This document shows, piece by piece, positions 9,028-18,641 of a stretch of 64,000 nt of DNA (its first letter is position 1; each line of letters begins with the position of its first letter). The stretch comes from an uncultured bacterium (GTDB taxonomy: Bacteria > Oederibacteriota > JAAXVQ01 > JAUVAV01), in assembly GCA_963710755.1 (NCBI GenBank), contig CAVQBK010000004.1, forward strand, positions 128,001 through 192,000. Direction: 5' to 3'. Under the pieces are notes generated by a model that had not been told where the DNA came from, ran no database searches, and was given only the letters and a program-made list of their open reading frames with translations. A program made the position numbers and the translations under genes.

Positions 9028-10506
9028 ATGTCATCTTCTGTACGGGTGCGTTTTGCACCGTCGCCTACCGGCCATCTGCACATTGGCGGCGCCAGAACGG
9101 CGCTCTTTAATTATCTCTTTGCCAAACGTCATCAGGGTGTGTTTGTGCTCCGTTTAGAGGATACGGATCAGGAACGCAGCACCCAGGAATCAGTGGACAT
9201 GATTTTGCATGACCTTAAATGGCTGGGCCTGACTTGGGATGAAGGTCCGGAAGCAGGTGGGGCCTTTGGACCCTATCGTCAAACCGAGCGGCTGGAGATT
9301 TACCGGGAGAAAGCGGATCAGCTGGTGGCCGAAGGCCATGCCTATCCCTGCTTCTGCACAACCGAAGAGGTGGAGGCCATGCGCGAGGCGGCCAAGGCCA
9401 AAGGAGAACAGCCCAAGTATGACGGCCGTTGCCGCTTGCTTCCCAAGGAAGCAGCCAGGGCCCGGATGGCCAAGGGGGAAGCTCATGTTCTGCGCTTCCG
9501 CTCTCCCCAAAAAGGTGAAACGGTGATCGACGATCTGATTCGGGGCAAGGTTACCTTCGACAATCAGCAGATGGATGACTTTGTGATCGTACGCAGCAAT
9601 GGCCTGCCCACTTATAATTTTGCCGCAGTCATTGATGATGCAGCCATGAAGATGACCCATATCATTCGCGGCGACGATCATCTTTCCAATACGCCCAAGC
9701 AGATTTTTATCTATCAGGCCTTGAATGAATCGTTACCGGCTTTTGCCCATGTGCCCATGATCTTGGGGCCTGATAAAACCAGGCTTTCCAAACGTCATGG
9801 CGCCACCTCGGTGGGGGCCTATGAAGCTGAAGGCTATATGCCGGAAGCCTTAATCAATTATCTGGCCTTGCTGGGCTGGGCGCTGGACGACAAAACCACA
9901 TTACTGACCCAGGCTGAGTTGGAAACTCATTTCAGCTTGGAGAAGGTCAGCAAGAACCCCGCGGTGTTTGATCCGCAAAAACTGATGTGGATGAACGGTC
10001 AGTACATGCGCAGCATTGAGGAGCCGCTTTATGTGGAACGAGCCTTTAAGGTCTTGTCTGAAGATGAACACCTGGGTCAGGCTTTCCGGAAAGCGGACCA
10101 GGACTATAATGAAGCCGTAGTGAAAGTGGTAAGGGAAAAATTCAAACTCTTTTCCGAATTGCCGGAACAGGTCCGCTATTTTTATCTGGAGCCTGATTTG
10201 GAACAAGTGGAGGATAAAGCCCGGGATAAATTAGCCACCATGGGCCAACACCCTGACTTATTCCAGGCCTTGTATGCCAGCCTCAGCCAAGTGACGTCTT
10301 TTGATCAAGCCGGCTTGGAGAAGGTCCTGCAAACTTTTGTGGATCAACATCAGGTAAAATTCGGTGTGTTGGCCCATCCCCTTAGGGTATGTTTGACCGG
10401 CCGGGTGGCCTCGCCGGGACTGTTTGAGATCATGGTGATTTTAGGGCAGGAAAAAACGCTTTCTCGCTTAAAAGCAGGCTTTAAAAAAATAGAAATTAAT
10501 GTATAA
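9028..10506 (+). CDS. gltX: Glutamate--tRNA ligase
   Basis: RVRFAPSPTGHLHIGG (HIGH), LRLEDTD, IIRGDDH, RLSKRHG (KMSKS equivalent). Confidence 0.98.
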   Translation: MSSSVRVRFAPSPTGHLHIGGARTALFNYLFAKRHQGVFVLRLEDTDQERSTQESVDMILHDLKWLGLTWDEGPEAGGAFGPYRQTERLEIYREKADQLVAEGHAYPCFCTTEEVEAMREAAKAKGEQPKYDGRCRLLPKEAARARMAKGEAHVLRFRSPQKGETVIDDLIRGKVTFDNQQMDDFVIVRSNGLPTYNFAAVIDDAAMKMTHIIRGDDHLSNTPKQIFIYQALNESLPAFAHVPMILGPDKTRLSKRHGATSVGAYEAEGYMPEALINYLALLGWALDDKTTLLTQAELETHFSLEKVSKNPAVFDPQKLMWMNGQYMRSIEEPLYVERAFKVLSEDEHLGQAFRKADQDYNEAVVKVVREKFKLFSELPEQVRYFYLEPDLEQVEDKARDKLATMGQHPDLFQALYASLSQVTSFDQAGLEKVLQTFVDQHQVKFGVLAHPLRVCLTGRVASPGLFEIMVILGQEKTLSRLKAGFKKIEINV

Positions 10507-10519
10507 TAATCAGCCTTGC

Positions 10520-10595
10520 TGCCGACTAGCTCAACTGGTAGAGCACCTGCCTCTGGAGCAGGGGGTTTCAGGTTCAAGCCCTGAGTCGGCAGCCA
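10520..10595 (+). tRNA. tRNA-Gln (anticodon CTG)
   Basis: Acceptor TGCCGAC/GTCGGCA, D arm GCTC/GAGC, anticodon arm CCTGC-CTCTGGA-GCAGG, T arm TCAGG-TTCAAGC-CCTGA, encoded CCA. Confidence 0.95.
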
Positions 10596-10597
10596 AC

Positions 10598-10631
10598 AAA
10601 AAAAGCGGGTCTTTAAGACCCGCTTTTTTTT
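10598..10631. terminator. Bidirectional intrinsic terminator
   Basis: A7-GCGGGTCT-TTA-AGACCCGC-T8 between the tRNA and the convergent protease gene. Confidence 0.85.
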
Positions 10632-10731
10632 GTTTCCAAAACGACAGTATTTTTCCGGGAGCGAATAATTAGTCGCCTCTGCGCAGACTCCGCGGTCGTG
10701 CCTGCTTGGAAAAATGGCCTGGCCTTGACCA

Positions 10732-11706
10732 TTAATCCTGGCGGTCGGCCAGCACAATGGCCAGCGTGATTTTCTTGGTTTGCCGCAAAATAGTGACAGT
10801 GGTTTTTTCACCAATCAGGCTTTCCGCCAATATCCGTTGCAGATCATCGGAACTATTGGCGGGTTTGCCATCCAATTCAATGATGGTATCCCCAATTTTT
10901 AGTCCCGCCCGTTCCGCAGGGGTGTGCGGCTCCACGCCGCTTACCAGAACCCCATGGTCCTGATTAAGTTTGTAATACATAACCAAGCGGCGGTGCAGGG
11001 TAACGGTTTGCGCCAAAATCCCCAAAAAACCGCGCGTGATTTTCCCGTCTTTAATTAATTGTCCGGCAATGAGCTGCACCGAATTAATAGCTACTGCAAA
11101 ACAGAGGCCCTGGGCACTGCTGATCATGGCGGTGTTAATGCCAATAACCTGGCCCTGGGCGTTGACCAAGGGACCGCCCGAATTACCCGGGTTCAAGGCC
11201 GCATCCGTTTGAATGACATGGTCGATTAATTGACCTTGCGGTGTGCGCAGGGTGCGCCCCAGGGCGCTAATCACCCCAGCCGTGACCGAATGTTGAAATC
11301 CAAAAGGATTGCCAATGGCCACCACCAGTTGGCCTACCCGGATTTTATTGGAGTCTCCCAAATCGGCGGGGACCAGGTTGGGGGCATCAATGCGGATAAC
11401 AGCCAAATCCGTATAGGGATCCGTGCCGATAATTTCCGCCGGAAATTCACCGCCATCGGATAGAGTTACGATCATTTTTTCAGCAGCTTGGGCCACATGG
11501 TGGTTGGTAAAGATGAAACCGTCGGGGGTGAAAATAAACCCCGACCCGCTGCCCATTTCCAATGGTTTGGCGGTCTTGTTGGTTTTTATTAATTGAATAT
11601 GAACGACCGAAGGGCTGACCCTTTCAGCCGCCTGGACCACTGTTCGTGAATAGGCATCCAAGGCTTCCGATTCCATTTCCGATGAGGTCTCATTGAGATT
11701 ATCCAT
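10732..11706 (-). CDS. HtrA/DegP-like trypsin-family serine protease with one PDZ domain
   Basis: GSGSGFIF, TNHHV, DLAVIRI, QTDAALNPGNSGGPL, C-terminal PDZ. AGGAGG RBS precedes ATG 11706; no signal peptide evident. Confidence 0.93.
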   Translation of the reverse strand: MDNLNETSSEMESEALDAYSRTVVQAAERVSPSVVHIQLIKTNKTAKPLEMGSGSGFIFTPDGFIFTNHHVAQAAEKMIVTLSDGGEFPAEIIGTDPYTDLAVIRIDAPNLVPADLGDSNKIRVGQLVVAIGNPFGFQHSVTAGVISALGRTLRTPQGQLIDHVIQTDAALNPGNSGGPLVNAQGQVIGINTAMISSAQGLCFAVAINSVQLIAGQLIKDGKITRGFLGILAQTVTLHRRLVMYYKLNQDHGVLVSGVEPHTPAERAGLKIGDTIIELDGKPANSSDDLQRILAESLIGEKTTVTILRQTKKITLAIVLADRQD

Positions 11707-11805
11707 GTGACAATCCTCCTTTTTATTGGACACCTCGGTTTTTGATAAATGCTTGATATGAAAATGAAGATAACCATGTGGTTATTAAAGTGGATAAAGT
11801 ACGGT

Positions 11806-12219
11806 TCAGGAGGCGCTGAGCTTTTCCAGCCAGGGCCTATAATGATGGTCCGCTCCCAGAATGTGTCCTTGCCACCAACCCTTTAAAAAGGTTAACACTT
11901 CCAGGGCTTCCGATGCACCGTAGGTATGGAATTCATCAGCGATTTGGCGGGTTTTGGTCACCATGGCTTGATGTTTCTTCTTATGCTCGTCCAAATCAGG
12001 ATAATGAGCGACAGCCAACAATGATTCTTCCGTGCTGAAATGATCACGCGTATAGGTGTAAAGTCGTGATATGATCTCCGACAAGTGGTCCTGCGCTTGA
12101 TCTTTTTGCAAGGCAAGATACAATTCATTGAGCGAGGTAAGCAAATTTTGATGGTGCTCATCCAGCAAGGGATGGTGGACACTGAATTGTTCGTTCCAGG
12201 TGACATAATCAGGAGCCAT
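11806..12219 (-). CDS. Bacteriohemerythrin
   Basis: W....SV....D..H, HF..EE, H...H, W...HI...D iron-ligand pattern. Confidence 0.92.
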   Translation of the reverse strand: MAPDYVTWNEQFSVHHPLLDEHHQNLLTSLNELYLALQKDQAQDHLSEIISRLYTYTRDHFSTEESLLAVAHYPDLDEHKKKHQAMVTKTRQIADEFHTYGASEALEVLTFLKGWWQGHILGADHHYRPWLEKLSAS

Positions 12220-12351
12220 GGGACCTCACGAAAAAGGATGATGAGAAAGCCGTTAAAAAAAGTGATGAAGAAAAATGCAGAAAAGTGTAAAATACAGCCC
12301 AATAAATTAAACCTTATTAATCATTTAATTGCAACCATTCTTGTTATCCAG

Positions 12352-12426
12352 GGCGCTATCGTCTAGGGGTTAGGACGGGTGATTCTCAGTCATCAAACCG
12401 GGGTTCGAATCCCCGTAGCGCTACCA
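12352..12426 (+). tRNA. tRNA-Glu (anticodon CTC)
   Basis: Acceptor GGCGCTA/TAGCGCT, anticodon arm GGTGA-TTCTCAG-TCATC, T arm CGGGG-TTCGAAT-CCCCG, encoded CCA. Confidence 0.95.
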
Positions 12427-12881
12427 ACTCACCAAAGGTGAATTGGTAAAGCAACTAAAGACAGAAAACAGAGAAAAATAAACTTCCGTTGTGGTCAGTG
12501 TTCCGTTCTCAATTCTCACGCCCTTAAATATTTTTAGTAATTATTTTTAACTACTCCTGTCTAACACGGCCATAACCTGGCACAGGAGGCGGCCAAAGGG
12601 CATTTCTATTCGAAAAGCCGGAAGTCTGTTAAAAACCCGTTAATTCCGCAGAGATCATTCCAAAACCTACCAATACCTTCCCCAAGGGCAATTATTATCT
12701 TATCGATCAATTCGTGTGGATTTAGCAGAGCGGTTTCGTATTAGTGCACCGGCGGTTACGAAATTATATTTTGAACAGGAAAAGTTATGGCTTGATGAAA
12801 AAGCCATCCGATTTAATATAAAGAAAAATTTAAATATAATTAAATAAGCAGGGGTCTCCCCTATGCCAATAATTCTTGCCT

Positions 12882-13421
12882 TTACATCCCCTCCGCCATG
12901 GCCAGTAAGTGCCGTACGGTTTTCCAATTTCTGGTGGTGGCCTTAACATTCAGTTTTTTCTCCAGAAAGGTATTGGATAATTTAGTTCTGCCGTAGCCTT
13001 GGGGACAATATAAATACAAACTCCGATGAGGACCACGCTGAGCTTGGGCATTGGTCTTGAGGGTTTCCACATCATGCAGCAAGTTCATATGAGGATAGCG
13101 GTCAAACAAGGCCACATGCATAAATTCCAAGGCCTGGCCGGCAACAAAGGGATTGCTGGCCACGAGCTTCTGCCATTGGCCTTTGGTCCTGGTCAGCACG
13201 GCAACGTCCATTTTAAAATGACGATGAATGGTATTTTGGATTTTGGTACGTAGCATGGGCATAGAGCTGATTTTGCTTTGAAAAACAAAGTTTCCGCTCT
13301 GGATATAAGTAGCCACCGAGTTGAGAGGGATGGCTTCCAGCAGGGGCCTCAATTCGTCCATTTTGATTTTATAGTGGCTGCCCACATTGATTCCTCGCAG
13401 CAGGCCAATATAAGTTGTCAT
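12882..13421 (-). CDS. DUF1697 family protein
   Basis: YIGLLRGINVG, V.TYIQSGN, T.RNWKTV. Start could be 13421 or 13436. Confidence 0.9.
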   Translation of the reverse strand: MTTYIGLLRGINVGSHYKIKMDELRPLLEAIPLNSVATYIQSGNFVFQSKISSMPMLRTKIQNTIHRHFKMDVAVLTRTKGQWQKLVASNPFVAGQALEFMHVALFDRYPHMNLLHDVETLKTNAQAQRGPHRSLYLYCPQGYGRTKLSNTFLEKKLNVKATTRNWKTVRHLLAMAEGM

Positions 13422-13495
13422 TGTATGCCTCTTCATATTGAATCATCTTATTCCGATCATATTATTATGCACTTCTTTTTTCCTTGGGAGGAAAA

Positions 13496-13921
13496 ATGTC
13501 AACTATTGTTTGGACACCAAGGCTTGCCGTTGGCATCGAAGCCATTGATCAACAACATCAGGAACTGATCCGGCGGCTTAATCTGCTGGTGGAGGCCATG
13601 AAAAAAGGCAAAGGCAAAGACCAGGTGGAACAAGTGCTGGCGTTTTTGGAGGACTATGTCGTGATTCATTTCAAAGACGAAGAAACAGTCATGCAGCGCT
13701 ATCATTATCCCCGCGAAGATTTTGGAGAGCACCGTCAGGCCCATCGGGCTTTTGTTCGTCAGGTGCAACAGTCCAAAACTCAGTTAGCCCAGCAGGGCGT
13801 CACTTTGTCCTTCGTGGTTAATTTGCAAATGACCCTGGCCGAATGGCTTATTGATCATATTGGTAAAACCGACGTGGCCATGGCCACCTATTTAAAAACC
13901 TGTTCCGACTTTCCCAATTAA
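13496..13921 (+). CDS. Bacteriohemerythrin
   Basis: W...L.VG...ID.QH, HF.DEE, H...H, WL.DHI...D. GGAGG RBS precedes ATG 13496. Confidence 0.93.
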   Translation: MSTIVWTPRLAVGIEAIDQQHQELIRRLNLLVEAMKKGKGKDQVEQVLAFLEDYVVIHFKDEETVMQRYHYPREDFGEHRQAHRAFVRQVQQSKTQLAQQGVTLSFVVNLQMTLAEWLIDHIGKTDVAMATYLKTCSDFPN

Positions 13922-13951
13922 ACCAAGCGCTCGCCACTAAGGTTCTCCGGC

Positions 13952-14872
13952 TTATAGAGATGAAATCGTCTTTTTGATGCCTTCGCGGTAGGGCGTGGCC
14001 GGGAAAAAAGCTTTGGCAAAACGACTGCTGTCAAAGCGGTAAGGATGATCGTACTGATAGATCATCTCCAACGATTCCTTGGCCAGGGGATTGAAAAGAC
14101 CGGCCATGCGCAACATGAATTTGGAGATGGTGGTAAACCCGGACTTTTGATGCAAGGCTTCAGCCACCTGGGCGATGAATTCTTTCCCCGTGAGCGGCAC
14201 GGCATCCGTGGGCAAATGCCAAACTTGATTATAGGCACTGGGGGTGTTGCCCAGCAAGGCCACGGCTTTGCCCGCGTCTGGAGTGAAGGTGAAGGAATGG
14301 GGTACAGTTGCCCGGCCCAGCCAGTTGGGTTTTTTGCCGGCTTTCAAGGCTTGGAACACCATGGGGTAAACAAAAGTGTTGGCGGTATGAGGACCGTAAA
14401 AATCCGCGGACCGGGCAATGAGCGCCGTGACCTCCCCTTTGGCCATGGCCTCCTGCAGTTGACGGGCGATTAAGGCCCGTACTTCACCTTTACGGCTGCA
14501 GGGATTGTAGGGTGTCTCTTCGGTCATGGGACCATCAACCAAGCCGTACATGTATACATTGTCAAAGAAGACCAGTTTGGCTCCTTCCTGAGTACAGGCT
14601 TTGATTACATTGGTCATGATTTTAGGCCACTGTGTCTGCCAGACTTGAAGCTGATACGGCAGGCCTACTGTCAGATAAACCACCTCAGCTTTTTTCACGG
14701 CCTCCAAGCAGCATTTTTCATTGGCAATATCACAGGGAAAGACATCATCATCGGGCGCATAAGCGCGGGGGGACCGGCTAACCAGCCGGAGGCGGTCGAC
14801 ATAAGGGCGCAGGTGGGGGACCAGCTCCTTGCTTATGGTACCGCCGGCGCCAAGAATGACTTGCATTCCCAT
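13952..14872 (-). CDS. NAD-dependent epimerase/dehydratase (atypical SDR)
   Basis: VILGAGGTI Rossmann motif, FDNVYMYG, SRKG.VR, RSADFYGP. GGAGGT RBS precedes ATG 14872. Confidence 0.88.
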   Translation of the reverse strand: MGMQVILGAGGTISKELVPHLRPYVDRLRLVSRSPRAYAPDDDVFPCDIANEKCCLEAVKKAEVVYLTVGLPYQLQVWQTQWPKIMTNVIKACTQEGAKLVFFDNVYMYGLVDGPMTEETPYNPCSRKGEVRALIARQLQEAMAKGEVTALIARSADFYGPHTANTFVYPMVFQALKAGKKPNWLGRATVPHSFTFTPDAGKAVALLGNTPSAYNQVWHLPTDAVPLTGKEFIAQVAEALHQKSGFTTISKFMLRMAGLFNPLAKESLEMIYQYDHPYRFDSSRFAKAFFPATPYREGIKKTISSL

Positions 14873-15237
14873 AGTGCACCTCCTGGATAAAGGCCTGGCG
14901 GGAATCCTGTCCGCACCATCAGCATGCGCCATCCTGTTTGTTATGTCAAAGACTAAACTGTCCTTTTTTATATAAAAAGTGGCTGAGATTTTGGTGCCAG
15001 CCCCGATTTTGCCTATCTTTTTGTTTTGGAAACTACCCCGTTAGGTCTATTAAGAAAGTAATTGCGAAATGGGATACTTTTAACTCCTTTTCACAAGCTG
15101 AGGCTGCCCCTATTCGGCAGCCGTATTTCGAAATAGCCTAACAAAATTAAAATAACGTGAAAAGCTCATTCTATGCAACATGGTTCTCACAAGTATGCTC
15201 TGACATTGCTTGTCAGATCAAGTTTGAGCGATTACAC

Positions 15238-15495
15238 CTACTCTTTTACCAGTGCTTCCATGTCCAGGGCCATACTTTCAAAGCGCTCTTTAATAAAACC
15301 AAGCGAATCTTCCACGCCTTTATTGTAAATCCGCAGTCCCACGGTTTGCAAAAAATGATCCAGCAGGTTTTCGGCGGCGATAATGCCGATTTCTTCATCA
15401 CGTTCTGTTTCAAAATAACCGATCAAATCCTTGATACATTTATTTTTGATTTCTTTCGAAAGCATGTCCCATTGACGTTTGATGTCAGCCATCAT
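15238..15495 (-). CDS. DUF2164 family protein
   Basis: YF..ERDEEIG.IAAE.LLD.F....G..IYNKGVED pattern. Confidence 0.85.
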   Translation of the reverse strand: MMADIKRQWDMLSKEIKNKCIKDLIGYFETERDEEIGIIAAENLLDHFLQTVGLRIYNKGVEDSLGFIKERFESMALDMEALVKE

Positions 15496-15554
15496 TTTCC
15501 TCGCTACAGTTTCTAAGGATATAAAGGATATGGGTATCCGGTGGAAGCGACCCT

Positions 15555-16307
15555 TTAACGCCGTTCCTTGATACGTCTTTTCAATTTTTCCCAGGTTCCG
15601 GTAATCAGAAAACTTTCATCCATATACTCCGTCATCCGGGACAGTTTCACCAGGGGAACGCTGAAGGTCAGAATATCAGGCTGGACGCAAGGCCGGGCCG
15701 AAGGGTCGAACAGGCCGATAACCGCCCGGGGACGGCTGCTGTCTTTTTCAAAATAAGGATGGTGGATGATGGTGCCGCATCCCGGACCAAAAGGCGTGAA
15801 GGTGGCGTTCGGTTCGGTTTGATCGAAGTTGGCCAGCGTAAACAGGCCGGAAAGAATGTCGGGCGTGGCAAAAAAAATCGCAACGTCCGGCTGATCCGAT
15901 TCCAAAAGATGGTCCCACCGTTTGAAAATGTAATGCCGGCCGTTGACAGGAATTAATTTCTGGTTTTGCATGATGGTCTTCACCATGTCCGGGGTGCGGA
16001 TGTACCGCTCACCCTCCAAGCCGGGCTTGCCGCAGGAAAGGAAATAGTCAAAGTCCGGGCGCACCCTGGGCGCATAACCCAGATAACGTTTGGCGCCTCC
16101 ACAGGCCAGGGCCTCGGGGCCATAACACAGGGACTTGCCCTGGCGCACCTGGCTTAATTCACAAATCAAACAACTATGGCCTTTTTTTATGGGGGCTATG
16201 TCAGCTTGGCCGGTGCCTTCATCCAAATAAAACGTTATCGGTAGTTCAGCGCCGGGAAAATAGCGTTCCCATTTGGCCATAAAGTCATCTCGCAACGTAA
16301 GATCCAT
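15555..16307 (-). CDS. DUF169 family protein
   Basis: C-x-GA..YLG, PD.LSGL..LA, GCG, G.FD.SAR motifs; GAGGAG RBS. Confidence 0.8.
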   Translation of the reverse strand: MDLTLRDDFMAKWERYFPGAELPITFYLDEGTGQADIAPIKKGHSCLICELSQVRQGKSLCYGPEALACGGAKRYLGYAPRVRPDFDYFLSCGKPGLEGERYIRTPDMVKTIMQNQKLIPVNGRHYIFKRWDHLLESDQPDVAIFFATPDILSGLFTLANFDQTEPNATFTPFGPGCGTIIHHPYFEKDSSRPRAVIGLFDPSARPCVQPDILTFSVPLVKLSRMTEYMDESFLITGTWEKLKRRIKERR

Positions 16308-16520
16308 CCCTAGCTCCTCTCTGAATTAACGATAGCAATTTGGCGGTCATGTCTTTATGGGTTTAGCAGATTTGCCATACCCAAAGGTACTACCTGGTAA
16401 AATTACTTTAACAAACCTCGCGAAGACTTTTAATAGAAAAAAGTAATAAACCATACAGTGGCTGGACATGATCATAAAGAATTATGGCCCTTTCCGGGCA
16501 GATTTTCTATAATAGTTTCC

Positions 16521-17290
16521 ATGATTAATACAGACTTGTTGCAACTAGTGCTTGCTTATCTGCGCCACAGCCAAAGCATCCTGTTTATCACCGGCGCCGG
16601 TGTTTCCGCGGAATCAGGCCTGCCCACCTACCGCGGTGTTGGCGGGCTGTACAACAATGGTCTAACTGAAGAAGGCCTATCCTTTGAAGTCGCTTTATCC
16701 GGAGCTATGCTGGCCCAACAACCGCAGGTAACGTGGAAAGTATTTGATGGAGATTGAAAAGGCGGGACGGGCAGCCACTTTCAACCGGGCTCATGCGGTT
16801 ATCGCGGAGATGGAGCAACGTCTTCGAACGCGTTTGGGTGCTGACGCAGAATGTCGACGGCTTTCACAAGGCTGCCGGATCCAGGAACGTCATTGATATT
16901 CACGGGGATATGCACCACTTGGTCTGTACGGCATGCCCATTTACTCAAACCGTAAAGGATTACAGCAGCTTGCGGGAAATACCGCCCCGCTGCCCCCAGT
17001 GCGGGGCTGCCATGCGGCCCCAAGTGGTTTTCTTTGGAGAAATGCTGGATCACGATAAGGTGCGCAGGCTGAACCAGGAGGTTAGGCACGGCTTTGACTT
17101 GGTATTTACGGTGGGCACGACCAGCGTGTTTCCCTATGTTTCCTGGCCTGTGATCGATGCCAATCAAAGGGGCGCCCCCATTGTGGAAATCAATCCGGCC
17201 GGGACGAGTGTTTCCGATTTGGCGGACATCCGCATTCCCGGCAAAGCGGCGGCGGTGCTGGATGAGATATGGAAAGCCTTTCCGCACTAG
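16521..17290 (+). pseudogene. cobB: Sir2/CobB NAD-dependent protein deacylase, split by two +1 frameshifts (probably sequence error)
   Basis: TGAGVSAESGLPTYRG in the first frame; YLMEIEKAGRAATFNRAHAVIAEME in a middle frame (16741-16821); TQNVDGFH, IHG, CxxC...CxxC, RP.VVFFGE, VGTT, EINP in a third frame. Confidence 0.85.
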
Positions 17291-17349
17291 CCCTTGCCTG
17301 TGCCTGACCGTGGAAGACCAGGCACAGGGTGCGATTAATGAATCTTGGC

Positions 17350-17781
17350 TTACAGGCTGAGGTCGGCCGTCCAGTAGCCGTGTTTGTTGCAATGGCCAAT
17401 GGCCGTGATGGTGCCTTGCTGATCTTTTTTCAAATGCAGGCCCACGGCAGCCTGCAAGGCCGCGGGCGTTAATTGGGCACGGCTGATGAACACGTGATCC
17501 AGATAGACATCAATCCATTCTATGAAATGATCAGCTTCCATGGGATGAGGCACGGAGCCGACCTTCACATGCAAGTCCTTGCACACATCGGGGATCAAGC
17601 CGCAGGCATCGCTTTTGGCCAGAACAGGCACATGTTTTTCATTGCCTTCGTGGGCAGCGGGATGGATGGCATTATCATTGTTTTCGAATTTTTCCTTCTC
17701 GGCCCAGCAAACCGGACAAGTTTCCGGTGCTGCGCCAAATTCAATGTGGCCGCAAACCTGACAAACGTAAATTTTGATCAT
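17350..17781 (-). CDS. Superoxide reductase (desulfoferrodoxin-like) with N-terminal rubredoxin-like domain
   Basis: CxxCG...CPVC N-terminus; EKHVP, PHPM...HFIEWI, CNKHG superoxide reductase ligands; AAGGAGG RBS. Confidence 0.88.
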   Translation of the reverse strand: MIKIYVCQVCGHIEFGAAPETCPVCWAEKEKFENNDNAIHPAAHEGNEKHVPVLAKSDACGLIPDVCKDLHVKVGSVPHPMEADHFIEWIDVYLDHVFISRAQLTPAALQAAVGLHLKKDQQGTITAIGHCNKHGYWTADLSL

Positions 17782-18641
17782 GTGATGGTCCTCCTTTAGA
17801 TAAAAATAATGATCTTCTCGATTCTATCAAAAAATATTGTTGGCACAAATCATTTTGACCCTCCTTGCGGTCTTCTTTTTCATCCCCTCGGCTTCCATTA
17901 AAAATAACGGCTTTTTAATCAATCCCATATGCAGGCATAACAAGACTCCTTTATTACTGACTTTCTTGAGATTTTTTATCACCCATAGTTAAATCTCGCG
18001 GTGCAATAAATTGGGCAGGGGCAGTATGATTGTTGTATTTTTTTAATTTATCTCATGGTAGGTGGTCCTGCTTTGGCTTGGGCGTTCAATCCATCACCTA
18101 CGCCTGATAAAAAATTTTAGGCACATGAACGTGATATCGGTTACGACAATTACCTTTCCTTTATGCTTATAAAGGGTAATCCAAGGATTAATAGATAGAT
18201 TATTTTATCCTTTAATTTTATACATTTTACAAAATTGGCTTATTTTTGAGAAAATTTGTCTTGCCAATAATTAATTAAAGTGATAATTTTTTTTGAAAAT
18301 TAATTTGAACATTTAAAGAGTGCGGTACTTTTATTCAGCCTTAAAAGAGGTTTGTATTTAATGCTGTTGCCTTGGATTATGTGCAAAAAAAACCATCCAT
18401 TCACTATCTCTAAAAACACCCTCATATCAAAAATTAATACCCAACAACCAGTTCCAACCATTATTTCCACATTAAATATTCCAGCTATCTTCAGTGCCAT
18501 TATGAAACAGGCACTGGAGTTTAATTTAAAAATTTTAAAAAAAATGCCATCTGATTTTGAGATAACAGAGATGTCACGCTATACTTAAAAATGTTCAGCT
18601 TAAACCAGTCCCATGTATTAACTGCAAAGGAGACCCATCAC

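Noticed and set aside
16521-17290. Sir2 as an anti-phage effector (Thoeris/DSR type)
   Set aside because: Has the zinc-binding CxxC pairs and size of housekeeping CobB; no defence partners adjacent.
18300-18588. Short ORFs in the AT-rich region before the giant gene
   Set aside because: No RBS, atypical composition; more likely regulatory DNA.
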